The position numbers and the translations under genes were made by a program. The notes below the pieces were generated by a model, which saw only the letters and a list, made by a program, of their open reading frames with translations, had not been told where the DNA came from and searched no databases. Source: Macrostomum lignano (lineage: Eukaryota). From it: 41,763 nucleotides of DNA. Of this stretch, positions 12,452 through 24,649 are shown one piece after another. The stretch spans positions 1-41,763 of the forward strand of contig NIVC01004569.1 of NCBI GenBank assembly GCA_002269645.1, given 5' to 3'. Positions within the stretch are counted from its first letter, which is position 1; every line of letters starts with the position of its first letter.

Positions 12452-13516
12452 CTCTCTGGGACCAAATAGCGATCAGATCTGAACGCAGTTCCAGAGCAAA
12501 AGCAGAGCTGGCCAGCAACTCACTGTGGTCAATTCCTCTGTCAATACCGAGAGACAGCAGAAATTGATTTGCTCAAAAAGCTCCGCAATCCAATTCTCTA
12601 CACAAGAGCCACCCTGCTCAGTCCCCAGCCCGCATTATTTATCATTCTTCAATTCTTCAAGACAGACATCTTTCTCTGCAGGCTGGATCGAATTTCTGCT
12701 TTGAGCTTAGCAGACAATCCAAACTCGAAGCGTCCCCCGAAGGCAGGCGGAGCAGAACTGAAGCGAAATTTCAGTGAAATCGTTGACAGCCTGTCAAATT
12801 TGATAACAAGCATCGATTTGATAAAGTTTCTTTTTTGTCTAATTTTCTACACTAGATAAAGTAGCGGCTTGTCCATCTCCTTCGGGCGGTCAGAGACGGT
12901 CAGAGTTACCAGCCACGGACAACCAGAGCCGTGGCCCCTGGTTCGATTCCGAAACAACAATAATTTGTGGCTTTTAGATTCACACCTATGACTGCCGATC
13001 CCCAAGGCACAGAGACTGTACATTAGAAAGTCAAAGTGCCGCTGTACACCCAGTGTGAGCGTGTATCATGCGCTGGTAGCGAGACGATGTCAGTGTGGCC
13101 ACAACGCTGATGCAGCTCAGAATCCCATAAATTTTAACCCCCTGTCTCGAGTTCTCCATCTTTCAGCTCAGATATTTCTCTTACTAATAGATAGGATGAA
13201 TTTCCCGCCCTTTCCTGTCTTCCTTTCTGCTTCTTTTTCTGAACTGGCCCGTGGCTGAGCTGTCCGTCACGCCCCACCCCGCGGGGCTAACGGGGCGGCC
13301 AGGGGCGGGCGGCCCAACAAGTGCCCTCAAGGCTACTGGGCTCCATCTCCGATGAAGCTGAAACTGCATCCCCCAGACCGGCCCCCTTATCCAGTCAGTC
13401 TGTTTGACTGACGGATCCCCATCAGTTTTAGCCTCGGAGAATGAGGGAGAGGGGAGCGAGTAGCGTCACCGGACACAGCCGCTCAGATTATGAATTCCTC
13501 TATCAGTTGTTCACTT

Positions 13517-14626
<1,110 letters not shown>

Positions 14627-14989
14627 CTGTCATTGCTGCATCGCAGTCCCATGCGCAATCACGCGTGCCTTCTGCTACCCTGTGAAGCCCCACCCTGCAG
14701 CCTCCCCATGGCATAGATGATGAAGGACTGGGATTTATCCTGCTAAGCTCCATAGGGAATTCTGTTTGCCATCTTACTCAGCTCAGCCTCTTAGCGCTGT
14801 TCTTCTCTTACTCTTCATCATAAATACTGGCTACTGATTGATCTCAGAGCATTGCCTGTCTCTCTGTGTGACAGGGTGGTCCGGGTGCCACCAAATTTCC
14901 TCACTGCCAATTCTGCGTGGCCAGCGGCTCAGCAATTGCAGGAAAAGTTGTCAATTTATCGGTGCGGTATAAACGGTACCACCTCCAGC

Positions 14990-15692
14990 GCCCCCTCATT
15001 CACGGTGCCATCTCATTGACGGCACCCCCTCATTCCCGGCCCCTCATTCCCGGCCCCCCTCATTCACGGCTCCCCCTCATTCACGGCGCCATCTCATTCA
15101 CGGCACCCCCTCATTCACGGCACACCCTCATTCACGCCTCCCCCTCATTCACGGCACCCCCTCATTCACGGCACCCCCTCATTCCCGGCACACCCTCATT
15201 CACGGCACCCCCTCATTCCCGGCCCCCCTCATTCACGGCTCCCCCTCATTCACGGCGCCATCTCATTCACGGCACCCCCTCATTCACGGCACACCCTCAT
15301 TCACGCCTCCCCCTCATTCACGGCACCCCCTCATTCACGGCACCCCCTCATTCCCGGCACACCCTCATTCACGGCACCCCTCATTCCCGGCCCCCTCATT
15401 CACGGCACCCCCTCATTCACGACACCCCCTCATTCACGGCACCCCCTCATTCCCGGCCCCCCTCATTCACGGCACCCCTCATTCACGGCACCCCTCATTC
15501 ACGGCACCCCCTCATTCACGGCACCCCCTCATTCACGGCACACCCTCATTCACGGCACCCCCTCATTCACGGCACCCCCTCATTCACGGCACACCCTCAT
15601 TCACGGCACCCCCTCATTCACGGCACCCCTCATTCACGGCACACCCTCATTCACGGCACACCCTCATTCACGCCTCCCCCTCATTCACGGCG
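14990..15692. repeat. ~16-bp minisatellite CCCCTCATTCACGGCA(C)
   Basis: Direct reading; lies downstream of the cathepsin F stop codon. Confidence 0.94.
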
Positions 15693-16124
15693 CCCGTTGA
15701 ATGACCCGCGCCAATGCACTGAGTGTATATTTTCAAATATGTTATGATAAAAATCCAATCGATTAATATTCTTAGAAATAGAAAATCAACGAGTTTATTT
15801 GATTCGTTTTTTGATAATAGAAAGAATGTTTTAATTAGAGATGCATATTATTTGCTGTGGAGAACAAAAGTATTTGGGCAGACTGGTGCAAGCCCGAAAA
15901 TTTAAAGAGCTCCATTTAGAAAGAATCAAGACAGGCTGTCCTCACCGGAATAAAATATTTATTATAGTGTAATCAATTTGTTTCTGGCGTAAAAATTCAA
16001 TATATACTGCTCACTGTATGCTACTGTCACTTATAAGTAGTAGATTAAAGATTTTTTTGAATTTATTTTATCCTTTTTATCCGAAGAAATTCGCGTTTAA
16101 AATCGAGTTCAGCATCGATTTTCT

Positions 16125-16372
16125 TTATTTCACCTGGGCGCTGGTGCACATCTGGTTCAGACCGCAGGTGCCATCGCCCCGGTACACCAGGTAGTAGCCC
16201 TTGTTGCCCCAGCTGGTGCCCCAGGAGTTCTTGATGATCCAGTACGGCTCGGTGCCCTTCATGCCATATCCAACAATAAGGACTCCGTGGTCCAGGTGGC
16301 TCGGGTTGCAGAAGATTTTCCAAGGATGCGAGATGCCGCTCAGGTAGAACTGCATGGCGTTGGCGTTGATGC
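16125..16372 (-). CDS. CTSF: Cathepsin F exon 5 (catalytic His and Asn)
   Basis: Acceptor CCAACAG|; [10 protein letters not shown]...[11 protein letters not shown]...IKNSWG...CTSAQVK-stop; AATAAA overlaps the stop codon. Confidence 0.95.
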
Positions 16373-19300
16373 CTGTTGGCGGGTTTGGAGAAAATCGTTA
16401 ACTTAAAGCCGGAAATTTTTTTATAATGCGACAATAATTGTAAATGAAATTCCACTACGAGTATTTCAACTCAGTTTGATTGAGTTATTCTCAGACTTAT
16501 TGCTTGGATTTTCTTTGCTTCAATCAAGTCAAACAGTTATACCAACTAATTGTCATTTTGTCGTTAATTTAAAGCCGGAAATTTCGTCATACTCGTTAAA
16601 TATAAAAATATAAAGTTGAACTGTTATGCTAATATAGTCTGAATTCATAAAATAAAAGCTTCTTAAGATCTTGCAAGTCGAGCCTTACTACATGTATGTT
16701 AGACACGCATTGCTGTGTCGTTAATCTAATTACGGAAAATTTGTTTGTTTGAGTTCCCACGATTCTCAAACAATTTGATTTTAATGACTTTTACGTATCG
16801 GAACTCACCGATGCTGATCGGCCCGTTCTGCACCAGCCAGGCGGCCATGGCTTTCTCGTCCTTGGAGATGGCCACGGAGCTGTTGATGTAGACGGCCACC
16901 TTGCCCTGGTTGAACTGGCACTTCTGGTCGCTGCCCCTGTACGGATAGTCAGACTCCTTCATCAGGCCGCCCATCCTCTCGATCTCCTTGTAGGCCTGGC
17001 TGGGCAGCCCGCCGTTGCAGCCCTCGTCGACTTTGTCGCAATCGACGAGCTGCTGCTCGGACAGATCGACCAGCTTCTTCTTGCTGATGAACCACTGGCC
17101 CTCAATGTTGCCGGTGGTGCTGAAGGCCCAGCAGCTGCCTGCGGAGTGGGTGAGTTTATATGTAATAGCCTGTGGCCTGCCTTCTCACAGCTCCGACCTA
17201 CTAGCCTGCTAGCTTAATGACCCAGTTCTTTGATTTTTGACCCACTGACCCACTGAACCATTGCCATATCGACTCATTGGACCCGCTTACTAACAGACCC
17301 ACTAACTCACAACGGACTGAATTATGGACCTACTGATGCACTGAACCACTAACCCGCTGACCCATGGACTCGCTGACCCCGTGCTTTACTGACCCACTGA
17401 CCCACTGAACCTTTGACCCACTGAGCCTCTGACCCACTGAACCCTGACCTACCGACCCCTTGACCCCTTGACCCACTGACCCAATGCCGCCCTGAACCCT
17501 TGACCCAACGACTCCCTGACCCACTGACCCACTGACCCACTAACCCATGCACTGACCCTCTGACACATTGACCCACTGACCCCTGACCCTTAGCCCACTG
17601 ACCCACTGACCCCTGACCCTTAGCTCACTGACCCACTGACCCCTGACCCTTAGCTCACTGACCCACTGACCCCTGACCCTTAGCCCACTGACCCACTGAC
17701 CCACTGGCTCCCTGACCCCCTGACACAATGAACCTTTGACCCACTGACCCCCTGACCAACCGACCCCCTGACCCCTTGACCCACTGACCCACTTCCGCCC
17801 TGACCCCTTGACCCAACGACCCCCTGACCCACTGACCCACTGACCCACTAACCCATGCACTGACCCTCTGACACATTGACCCACTGACCCCTGACCCTTA
17901 GCCCACTGACCCACTGACCCCTGACCCTTAGCTCACTGACCCACTGACCCCTGACCCTTAGCCCACTGACCCACTGACCCACTGGCTCCCTGACCCCCTG
18001 ACCCACTGACCCACTGACCCCTGACCCTTAGCCCACTGACCCACTGACCCCTGACCCTTAGCCCACTGACCCACTGACCCACTGGATCCCTGACCCCCTG
18101 ACCCACTGACCCACTGACCACTGACCCATAGCCCACTGACCCACTGACCCCTGACCCTTAGTCCACTGACCCACTGACCCCTGACCCTTAGCTCACTGAC
18201 CCACTGACCCCTGACCCTTAGCCCACTGACCCACTGACCCACTGGCTCCCTGACCCCCTGACCCACTGACCCACTGACCCACTGACCCCTGACCCTTAGC
18301 CCACTGACCCACTGACCCACTGGCTCCCTGACCCCCTGACCCACTGACCCACTGACCACTGACCCGCCAACTCACCACAGGTTCCCTGGTTCTTGACTTC
18401 GGTCACGGCGCCCTTCTCGCGCCAGTCGAAGCTGGTCGGCAGATCGCCCAGGGTGGGCACGGCGGCCTCCTCGGCGGGGCGGCGGCTCAGGTCCCATCTG
18501 GGCGACAGGTAGCGGCTGCGGAACTCCTCCTGGGTGAGGTCGGCGAACACCGACGCGCCGTAGCGAGCATCGCCGCGGTCGAGCATCTGGTAGGCGTAGG
18601 CCTTCTTCATGTTGTCGCGAAAGATGGCGAAGCGGCGCTGCTCCTCGGCTCTGCAATGCAGAAATTCTCGAGGTCTTCGTTACAGAATCTTTGTTCTCTA
18701 CAGGGTGTACTCCATGAAGGTCTTAGAGGTCACAACCTAGAGGTCACATATCCTAAAGGTCACAGGTTCCAGAGGTCACATGTCCTAGAGGTCACGTCTT
18801 AGAGGTCACATGTCCTAGAGGTCATACATCCAAGCAATCACATGTCTCAGAGGTCACAAGCCCCAGAGATCACATATCCTAGAGGTCACATGTCCAAGAA
18901 GTCACATGTCCTAGGGGTCACATGTCCAAGAAGTCATATGTCCTAGGGGTCACAGGTCCCAGAGGTCATTTGTCCAAGAAGTCACATGTCCAAGAAGTCA
19001 CATGTCCAAGAAGTCACATGTCTAAGAAGTCACATGTCCAAGAAGTCACATGTCCAAGAAGTCACATGTCCAAGAAGTCACATGTCCAAGAAGTCACATG
19101 TCCAAGAAGTCACATGTCCAAGAAGTCACATGTCCAAGAAGTCACATGTCCAAGAAGTCACATATCCTAGAGGTCATAAACCAGCCGAAAGCGCTCACCT
19201 GGAGGCGTAGACCTTCCCGTGAGCCCTCTTGAACTCGGCAAACTGTCCGTAGTGTCCGATGTCGTGAGAGTCGCCGCCGAGCAGCACCTGATGCTGCGGC

Positions 19301-19721
19301 TCGCTCCGTTTCAGCCGCCGAGTCTGCTGGCAGCTCTCCAAGCCAGACCGGTCCACTTCGTACTGCCTGGGGCTGCTCCAGGGCCGGTACACCACCGACA
19401 CGGGGCAGCGGTACACCTTAGCGTCCGGGCTCAGCTTCTCCTTGCACCAGCGCAGCGGGCTGCCGTAGTGTCTGACGGCCTTGCGACACGGCGTCTCGAC
19501 GAACACGGCGACGAAACTGTACCGGATGCCCGCCACCACCTGCTTCTTGGCGTCCTCGTATCTGCGGGTGGCGAGAATTTCGAGGTGGAGTTGTTGTTGT
19601 TATTGTTGTTGTTGTTGTTGTTGCTGTTGTTGGTGGTGGTGTTGTTGTTGCTGTTTTTGTTGTTGTTGTTTTTGTTTTTGTTTTTGTTGTTGCTGTTTTT
19701 GTCAAGGTGCAATTTTTGTAG

Positions 19722-19768
<47 letters not shown>

Positions 19769-20111
19769 GGTGGTGGTAGTGGTTGTGTTGTTGTTGTTGT
19801 TGTTGTTTTTGTTGTTGGTGTTGTTGTTGTTTTTGTTGTTGTTTTTGTTGTTGTTGTTGTTGTTGTTGTTAAACTCGGGCAAACAAACTTTTTAAAAAGC
19901 GACTGACTTACCTGAGCATGGCGTGATGGAACATGCTGTTTGAGTAGGTGTTGTACGCCCTCGTCACCTCCGTGATGGCATTCTGAAACGACTCGCCCTC
20001 TGCGTCTTGCGCCGTGATTGGTGATTTACCGCCGGTCACAACGTTGTGAGAGCAATGCGCGCTGATTGCTACTGACAGTAGCAGAGTTAGCCCAAGTAGC
20101 AACCTTGTCAT
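16125..20111 (-). CDS. CTSF: Cathepsin F (papain family C1A), complete 5-exon gene: join(20111-19912, 19561-19199, 18650-18376, 17138-16809, 16372-16125), 1416 nt, 471 aa
   Basis: Manually spliced. All four introns are GT..AG with matching phases (2,2,1,1). Signal peptide [18 protein letters not shown]; cystatin domain (VTGG, QVVAG, PW); I29 prodomain with E-x3-R-x3-F-x2-N-x3-A-x3-Q (ERFNAQ, cathepsin F/W subfamily) and [14 protein letters not shown]; mature enzyme [25 protein letters not shown] (Gln, catalytic Cys), [11 protein letters not shown] (His), YWIIKNSWG (Asn); stop TAA at 16127-16125. Confidence 0.95.
16809..17138 (-). CDS. CTSF: Cathepsin F exon 4 (catalytic Cys region)
   Basis: Acceptor CTCCGCAG|; [16 protein letters not shown]...[10 protein letters not shown]...GCNGG...NGPISI; donor G|GTGAGT. 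Confidence 0.95.
17239..18366. repeat. 8-bp-based satellite GACCCACT filling cathepsin F intron 3
   Basis: Direct reading; interspersed GACCCTTAGCCCACT variants. Confidence 0.95.
18376..18650 (-). CDS. CTSF: Cathepsin F exon 3 (ERFNAQ prodomain and start of mature enzyme)
   Basis: Acceptor TTGCAG|; [21 protein letters not shown]...[18 protein letters not shown]; donor G|GTGAGT. Confidence 0.95.
18725..19177. repeat. 16-bp minisatellite GTCACATGTCCAAGAA in cathepsin F intron 2
   Basis: Direct reading; homogeneous on the right, degenerate on the left. Confidence 0.94.
19199..19561 (-). CDS. CTSF: Cathepsin F exon 2 (cystatin core and start of I29 prodomain)
   Basis: Acceptor CCCGCAG|; [15 protein letters not shown]...YRPWSS...[14 protein letters not shown]; donor CAG|GTGAGC. 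Confidence 0.92.
19591..19870. repeat. (GTT)n/(GGT)n trinucleotide microsatellite in cathepsin F intron 1
   Basis: Direct reading. Confidence 0.96.
19912..20111 (-). CDS. CTSF: Cathepsin F exon 1 (signal peptide and start of cystatin domain)
   Basis: ATG at 20111; ends CTCAG|GTAAGT, phase 2. Confidence 0.88.
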
Positions 20112-20172
20112 ATTGCTCTTCTGGTTTGCTAGCAGAAATTTTCTTATTCTAAAATTTGCATAAACATCAAAT

Positions 20173-20180
20173 TATTTATA
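20173..20180 (-). promoter_or_regulatory. Candidate TATA box of cathepsin F
   Basis: TATAAATA on the minus strand about 62 nt upstream of the ATG. Confidence 0.45.
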
Positions 20181-20406
20181 GTCGATTGTACTTTTAACTA
20201 AAAACATTGTTGGGCTTCTTTTGAAGACGATCAGATAAAGTGCTCAGGCAGTATAATAACAGCTTTGAACTGATTCTTGGACCTGGGGGGTCATTGGCTG
20301 CAATGAATTGGGCTAAATAACTTTATGGTTGATTTTATTCTTGAAGCTGAGTTGAGGCTACGAAGCAGGTTGGCCTATAAATAGACTGGGGGTTTATGGA
20401 TCTCTA

Positions 20407-20903
20407 GATGGTTTACCCCCGATTCGCCGAATCCCGATTTGCCGATTCCCAGCTCGCCGAATCCCGACTTGCCGATTTCCTGATTCGCCGAATTCCCGAC
20501 TCGCCGAATTCACTATTCGGTCAATTCGTACTACGTCGAATATCTGGTAATGCCTGTGGCCTGTGCTAGCTAGTAGATAAGCCATTCTTTGTTCGAACCT
20601 TGTGTATATTTTGCTTGTTTCATTCACTCTACTATTTCTTAGTGACTTACTAATACTAATACTCAAGAAATAATGGAGTAAATGATAACAAGCAAAAATG
20701 TACAAAACGTTCGAGAAAAGAATGGAGCCTTATCTATTAGCTAGCACAGGCCACAGGCATTACCAGAGATTCGACGTAGTACGAATTGGCCTAATAGTGA
20801 ATTCGGCGAGTCGGGAATTCGGCGAATCAGGAAATCGGCGAATCAGGATTCGGCGAGCTGGGAATCGGCAAATCGGGATTCGGCGAATCGGGGGTAGACC
20901 CTC
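20407..20903. mobile_element. Foldback/MITE-like element with ~200-bp terminal inverted repeats
   Basis: Arms ~20407-20610 and ~20692-20903 are reverse complements (both translate to LLASTGHRHYQ.FDVVRI..IVNSASREFGESGNR); ends GATGGTTTACCCCCG / CGGGGGTAGACCCTC; TA on both sides; 15-16-bp subrepeats (CGATTCGCCGAATCC-like) within the arms. Confidence 0.7.
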
Positions 20904-20914
20904 TAGATAGCCTT

Positions 20915-21167
20915 CTGAAACAGCTGTCAGGGGGTATCAAAGGCCTCCTGAAGCAACTGTCAGGTGTATCAAATACCCACTGAAGCAAACTGTCAGGGGG
21001 TATCAAAGAACCCCTGAAGCAACTGTCAGGGGGTATTAAAGGCCCCCTGAAGCAACTGTCAGGGGGTATCAAAGGCCTACTGAAGCAACTGTCAGGGGGT
21101 ATCAAAGGCCTACTGAAGCAACTTTCAGGGGGTATCAAAGGCCTCCTGAAGCAACTGTCAGGGGGTA
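20915..21167. repeat. 33-bp minisatellite CTGAAGCAACTGTCAGGGGGTATCAAAGGCCTC, ~7.5 copies
   Basis: Direct reading; abuts the right arm of the foldback element. Confidence 0.93.
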
Positions 21168-23140
21168 GAAACGATGTAGAAAAGTTACTGTCCAACTATA
21201 CTCGTAATCCTTACTTAATTAAAATTCAGACTTACCAATTCAAACTTTTCAACGATATGAATTAAAAGTTGTTTCAGAAGCTTTACAGAGAATTTAGTAG
21301 CAGCACACAGATAAACTAAAGCCTTCCTTCCTATTTAAAACATTTGCAGTTTGTGCTTTAGATTGTGTTGCCAAGATATACCCAAGCTGAGGCCACTTCA
21401 GTCTTTCCCTACCCTCTCTTCGGGCCAACCATGCAGTAAGGGGGGGGGGGGCATGAAGGTTGAATCGAGTTTTCGTCCTCTCCCTTCGGTGCTGCTGAGG
21501 GCACACTGCACATAGGCTGTATTGCGGTGTGTGCGTATGTACGTACGTTACTTATCTTAATGGCGTACTCTTTTATTACTTGCCAGAATCAGTGAATAAG
21601 CGATAAGAGCTATAGCAATATGCATGGCTGATTTAAACTAATTCGAACAGATTTAGACCTGTTTATCACGTGATTTTTTTTTTTATTTTAGCAAATCGAA
21701 ATATTAAAACGACCTGACTTGTTCATTTATTCGATGTGAAGTTTTTCCGTAAACATTGTGTTATACGAGCTAAATCTTTATATGCATGCTATTATTCAAT
21801 ACGTACAATAATTTTTTCAAAAAATGAAACGTTTTTTCGCTAGCACAACTGTATGCAGGGGGTGGGACAGCAGCATGGCACATGCATGCAGACAGTTCCA
21901 ACTTCGGCACATTGCATGTACTGTACATATTTTGCTCTAAAATTATATTTTGATCGGACTGCAAAACTGCAGCGTATGCTTTATCACCGTTGCTTCAATC
22001 TACAAGATTGTGCTGCGTCTATATATTTAGCCGCATACAAAATATTATAAAACTTGACTTTCTTGGAGAATAACGGACAAGCGCAGCGAAAGTCCTTCGA
22101 ATAGTTTTAGATTGAAATTCCTATTGCCGCCATATAACCATTCGACCTTAGCCCATAAAACTTGATCGTACACGAGATTATACCAATTGAGGACGGTAAC
22201 TTCTAGTAGTCCTTGGATTATACTTGAGTACTTGAGTGCATGCATGTAAAGATACTACTAAAGATACTAAAGAAGCACATCGAAAAGATACGGTCCGAAA
22301 TCTCATCCATAAAAAGCGGTGAAATGTCATTAAAAAGGAGAATTGGTCCTTAATTGCCAGCTGAAAGAGGCAGACGGTGTGGGAAGTTCAAAAAGAATAA
22401 ATTTGTGATAAACTAAAAAAATGAATCTGAAACTGTGATTTTGCTATTTATTACTGTAGAGCTATATCAACGATTATTGGAATTTGAGTTAAATCATAAA
22501 AAACTTGCGCATGTTGTTATAGTGCCGAATGATAAGCCGATGTCTAAATTCAACATCGGAAATTGGGTGTAGTACTTTAAATTTAAAAAAGCAGTCTGGC
22601 AGTGACAATACGAGCTTGAAACATAAAACTGCGTATTGCTGTAAATTGAGTTTTCAGATAGTCTGCCTATTCTTTGCTAGCAATAGAAAGTAATTATCAA
22701 CCACCAGAATTTCAATTTGGTTACATACATGTCTGTTTAACTGTTCTTAGTCCCTCATGCAAGAACGTCTAATATTCAAAATTCAAAATGCAGATCATGT
22801 TTTGTTGTGTGCCATGAAACTAAAACTAATGTCTTTTTATGGTTTTGTTTTTTAATTTAATTTAATTTTTTCTAGGACTGTAATAATTTTACATGGACGA
22901 GGGTGACTCAGCTATTTTTAGCTATTTATTTACTGTGTTCCGCTTAATTCAATTTTAATTAACTTAAAATAATGAAACTAAAAACTATTTTACCTATAAA
23001 ATGTGAAGTTTTTTTACTTCATAGGAAGCTTTAGCATTTATAATTAGCTTTCAAAAAACAATCTTTTTGCCTTTATGACTGGTTTACTAGAGTCATCTTT
23101 ATATTTTATTGCACAAAAGAATTTTATCTATCTATGCTTA

Positions 23141-23300
23141 GGTGCAACCTTGGGATTTACTTGGCCATTTCTATTGGCAACACACACATGTAAGTTGCTA
23201 TTGGACAGAATAGTAGTCACGTGACTGCTCTCAGCCAATAGTGACTTACATGTGTGTGTGTTGTCAATAGAAATGGCCAGGTAATTCCCAAGGTTGCGCA
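23141..23300. mobile_element. 160-bp loopless palindromic MITE-like element
   Basis: Left arm GGTGCAACCTTGGGATTTACTTGGCCATTTCTATTG... mirrors right arm ...CAATAGAAATGGCCAGGTAATTCCCAAGGTTGCGCA; axis GTCAC|GTGAC at 23220/23221; TA on both flanks. Confidence 0.7.
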
Positions 23301-23789
23301 TATATGATTTTTTTCATAACTTTTGAACTTTTTCTTATATAAATAAAGTATTAAAGAAAGTAAAATGAACTTAAGTTACATAAATGTCATAAAAATGGTT
23401 TTATGTTAATTCTTGTCTTCATCAAAACATCTTGCCTTTTCATAAGCTAGACTTTTTGTTAGAAACTGGTTGTTAATTAGAGTAGAATGCTCAATAAAGC
23501 TTTATGCCTTTATTTGGCAAGTTATCAAAAAATTCTATTAGAATAAAAATGTGGACTCTAGGAAATTCTTCTAAGACTAGTTGAATAGTTATGATTTTTA
23601 ATAGAAATATAAATTACCTATATTCTATATAACTAGTATATTGTATATATTTATAGTTTTTACTATCATTGTAATTAATTGCAATCACCAATACTATAAA
23701 ATTGCATTTGTAGGCATTGGTTGTAGCTTAGATAAAAACTTTTATCATTTTTTAGGAGGCAAAAGGATGCCATAGCTGCCGTAAAGGGT

Positions 23790-24045
23790 AAAAGGGTACC
23801 AAAATAGTTAGCTAGGGGCACCACAACTGCTATGAAAGGGCGCCAAAACAGCTGGCTAGGGGGCACCGCAACTGCTATAAAAGGACACCAAAACAGCTGG
23901 CTAGGGGGCGCCGCAACTGCTATGAAAGGGCGCCAAAACAGCTGGCTAGGGGGCGCCGCAACTGCTATGAAAGGACGCCAAAACAGCTGGCTAGGGGGCG
24001 CCGCAACTGCTATGAAAGGGCGCCAAAACAGCTGGCTAGGGGGCG
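23790..24045. repeat. 45-bp minisatellite CTATGAAAGGGCGCCAAAACAGCTGGCTAGGGGGCGCCGCAACTG, ~5 copies
   Basis: Direct reading; MKGRQNSWLGGAATA periodicity. Confidence 0.93.
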
Positions 24046-24124
24046 AATTTCATGATGCTAAATGGCGCCATGATTCTGACAAAAAGCACTGGTTGTTAGC
24101 GCAGTCTCTGCTCGCCCCCCGCAG

Positions 24125-24649
24125 ATGTCATTCTCCATCTCCAGCTTCGTGGCCAAACGCCGCCAACTCCACCAGGCTCGCACAATCTGCCAGCAGAGTT
24201 TCGGCAGGAAGCTGCGCTGCGCAATTTGTGGCGATAAAATCCGTCGCTGGTGCCAACGCGAGGAGACGCTGTGCCATCCGTTGAGCTGCTACGATCACCC
24301 GTGCCACTCGCACTGCATGCTGTCGATCTTGGGCGCTGACCAGCCGATGGGCAGCCAGCAGGTGTGCCCGGGTGCCGGCTGCAGTCGCCAGTTTAGCCAG
24401 CTGTGCTTTCACCGCTCCTGGTGGGGCCGATCGTCTGGACAGCGAAGCGTCAACAACTTGCCGTCTGGTGACAACGACGCAGTCGATGGCGGCGATCAGC
24501 TGGTCGACCAAACTACAGACGAGCTCCATGAAGCCGCCGCCGCTGCCGCCGACGGAGACAGCAGCAGCAGCAGCAGCGGAGGCTTTTCATTAAGAAATTT
24601 TCGGCGATTTTTTCCCGTCTTGGTGAGCTCCTGGGGTTGGTACGGATAG
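24125..24649 (+). CDS. RING-H2-like zinc-finger ORF; probably exon A (24125-24622) of a larger gene
   Basis: C-x2-C-x19-C-x2-H-x2-H-x2-C-x16-C-x4-C (CAIC...CYDHPCHSHC...CPGAGC); GC-rich; preceded by acceptor-like CCCCCCGCAG; strong donor TTG|GTGAGC at 24623. Confidence 0.6.
   Translation: MSFSISSFVAKRRQLHQARTICQQSFGRKLRCAICGDKIRRWCQREETLCHPLSCYDHPCHSHCMLSILGADQPMGSQQVCPGAGCSRQFSQLCFHRSWWGRSSGQRSVNNLPSGDNDAVDGGDQLVDQTTDELHEAAAAAADGDSSSSSSGGFSLRNFRRFFPVLVSSWGWYG

Noticed and set aside
6280-12469. Low-complexity ORFs (MWRGRCGEGDVERE, GEERR, GGQD/STIL, ERSERDQ)
   Set aside because: All are translations of stop-free tandem repeats, open in several frames at once.
12870-12951. tRNA-like segment with B-box GGTTCGATTCC and a CCACGG/CCGTGG hairpin
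   Set aside because: No acceptor stem or proper T-stem can be folded; at most a degraded tRNA-derived SINE head.
19418-19906. Poly-Asn/Thr and poly-Cys/Val ORFs
   Set aside because: Intron 1 trinucleotide microsatellite of cathepsin F; the real exon begins at 19561.
20394-20910. Two similar ORFs on opposite strands (LLASTGHRHYQ)
   Set aside because: They are the two arms of the inverted-repeat element, not duplicated genes; no transposase motif.
23808-24045. CTCF-like TAGGGGGCGC motif in the 45-bp repeat
   Set aside because: The two conserved 5' C residues of the core are mismatched, and CTCF is reported absent from flatworms if the taxon inference is right.
24128-24529. 133-aa Ala-rich ORF on the minus strand
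   Set aside because: Antisense shadow of the plus-strand ORF that carries a coherent RING ligand pattern; no motif of its own.
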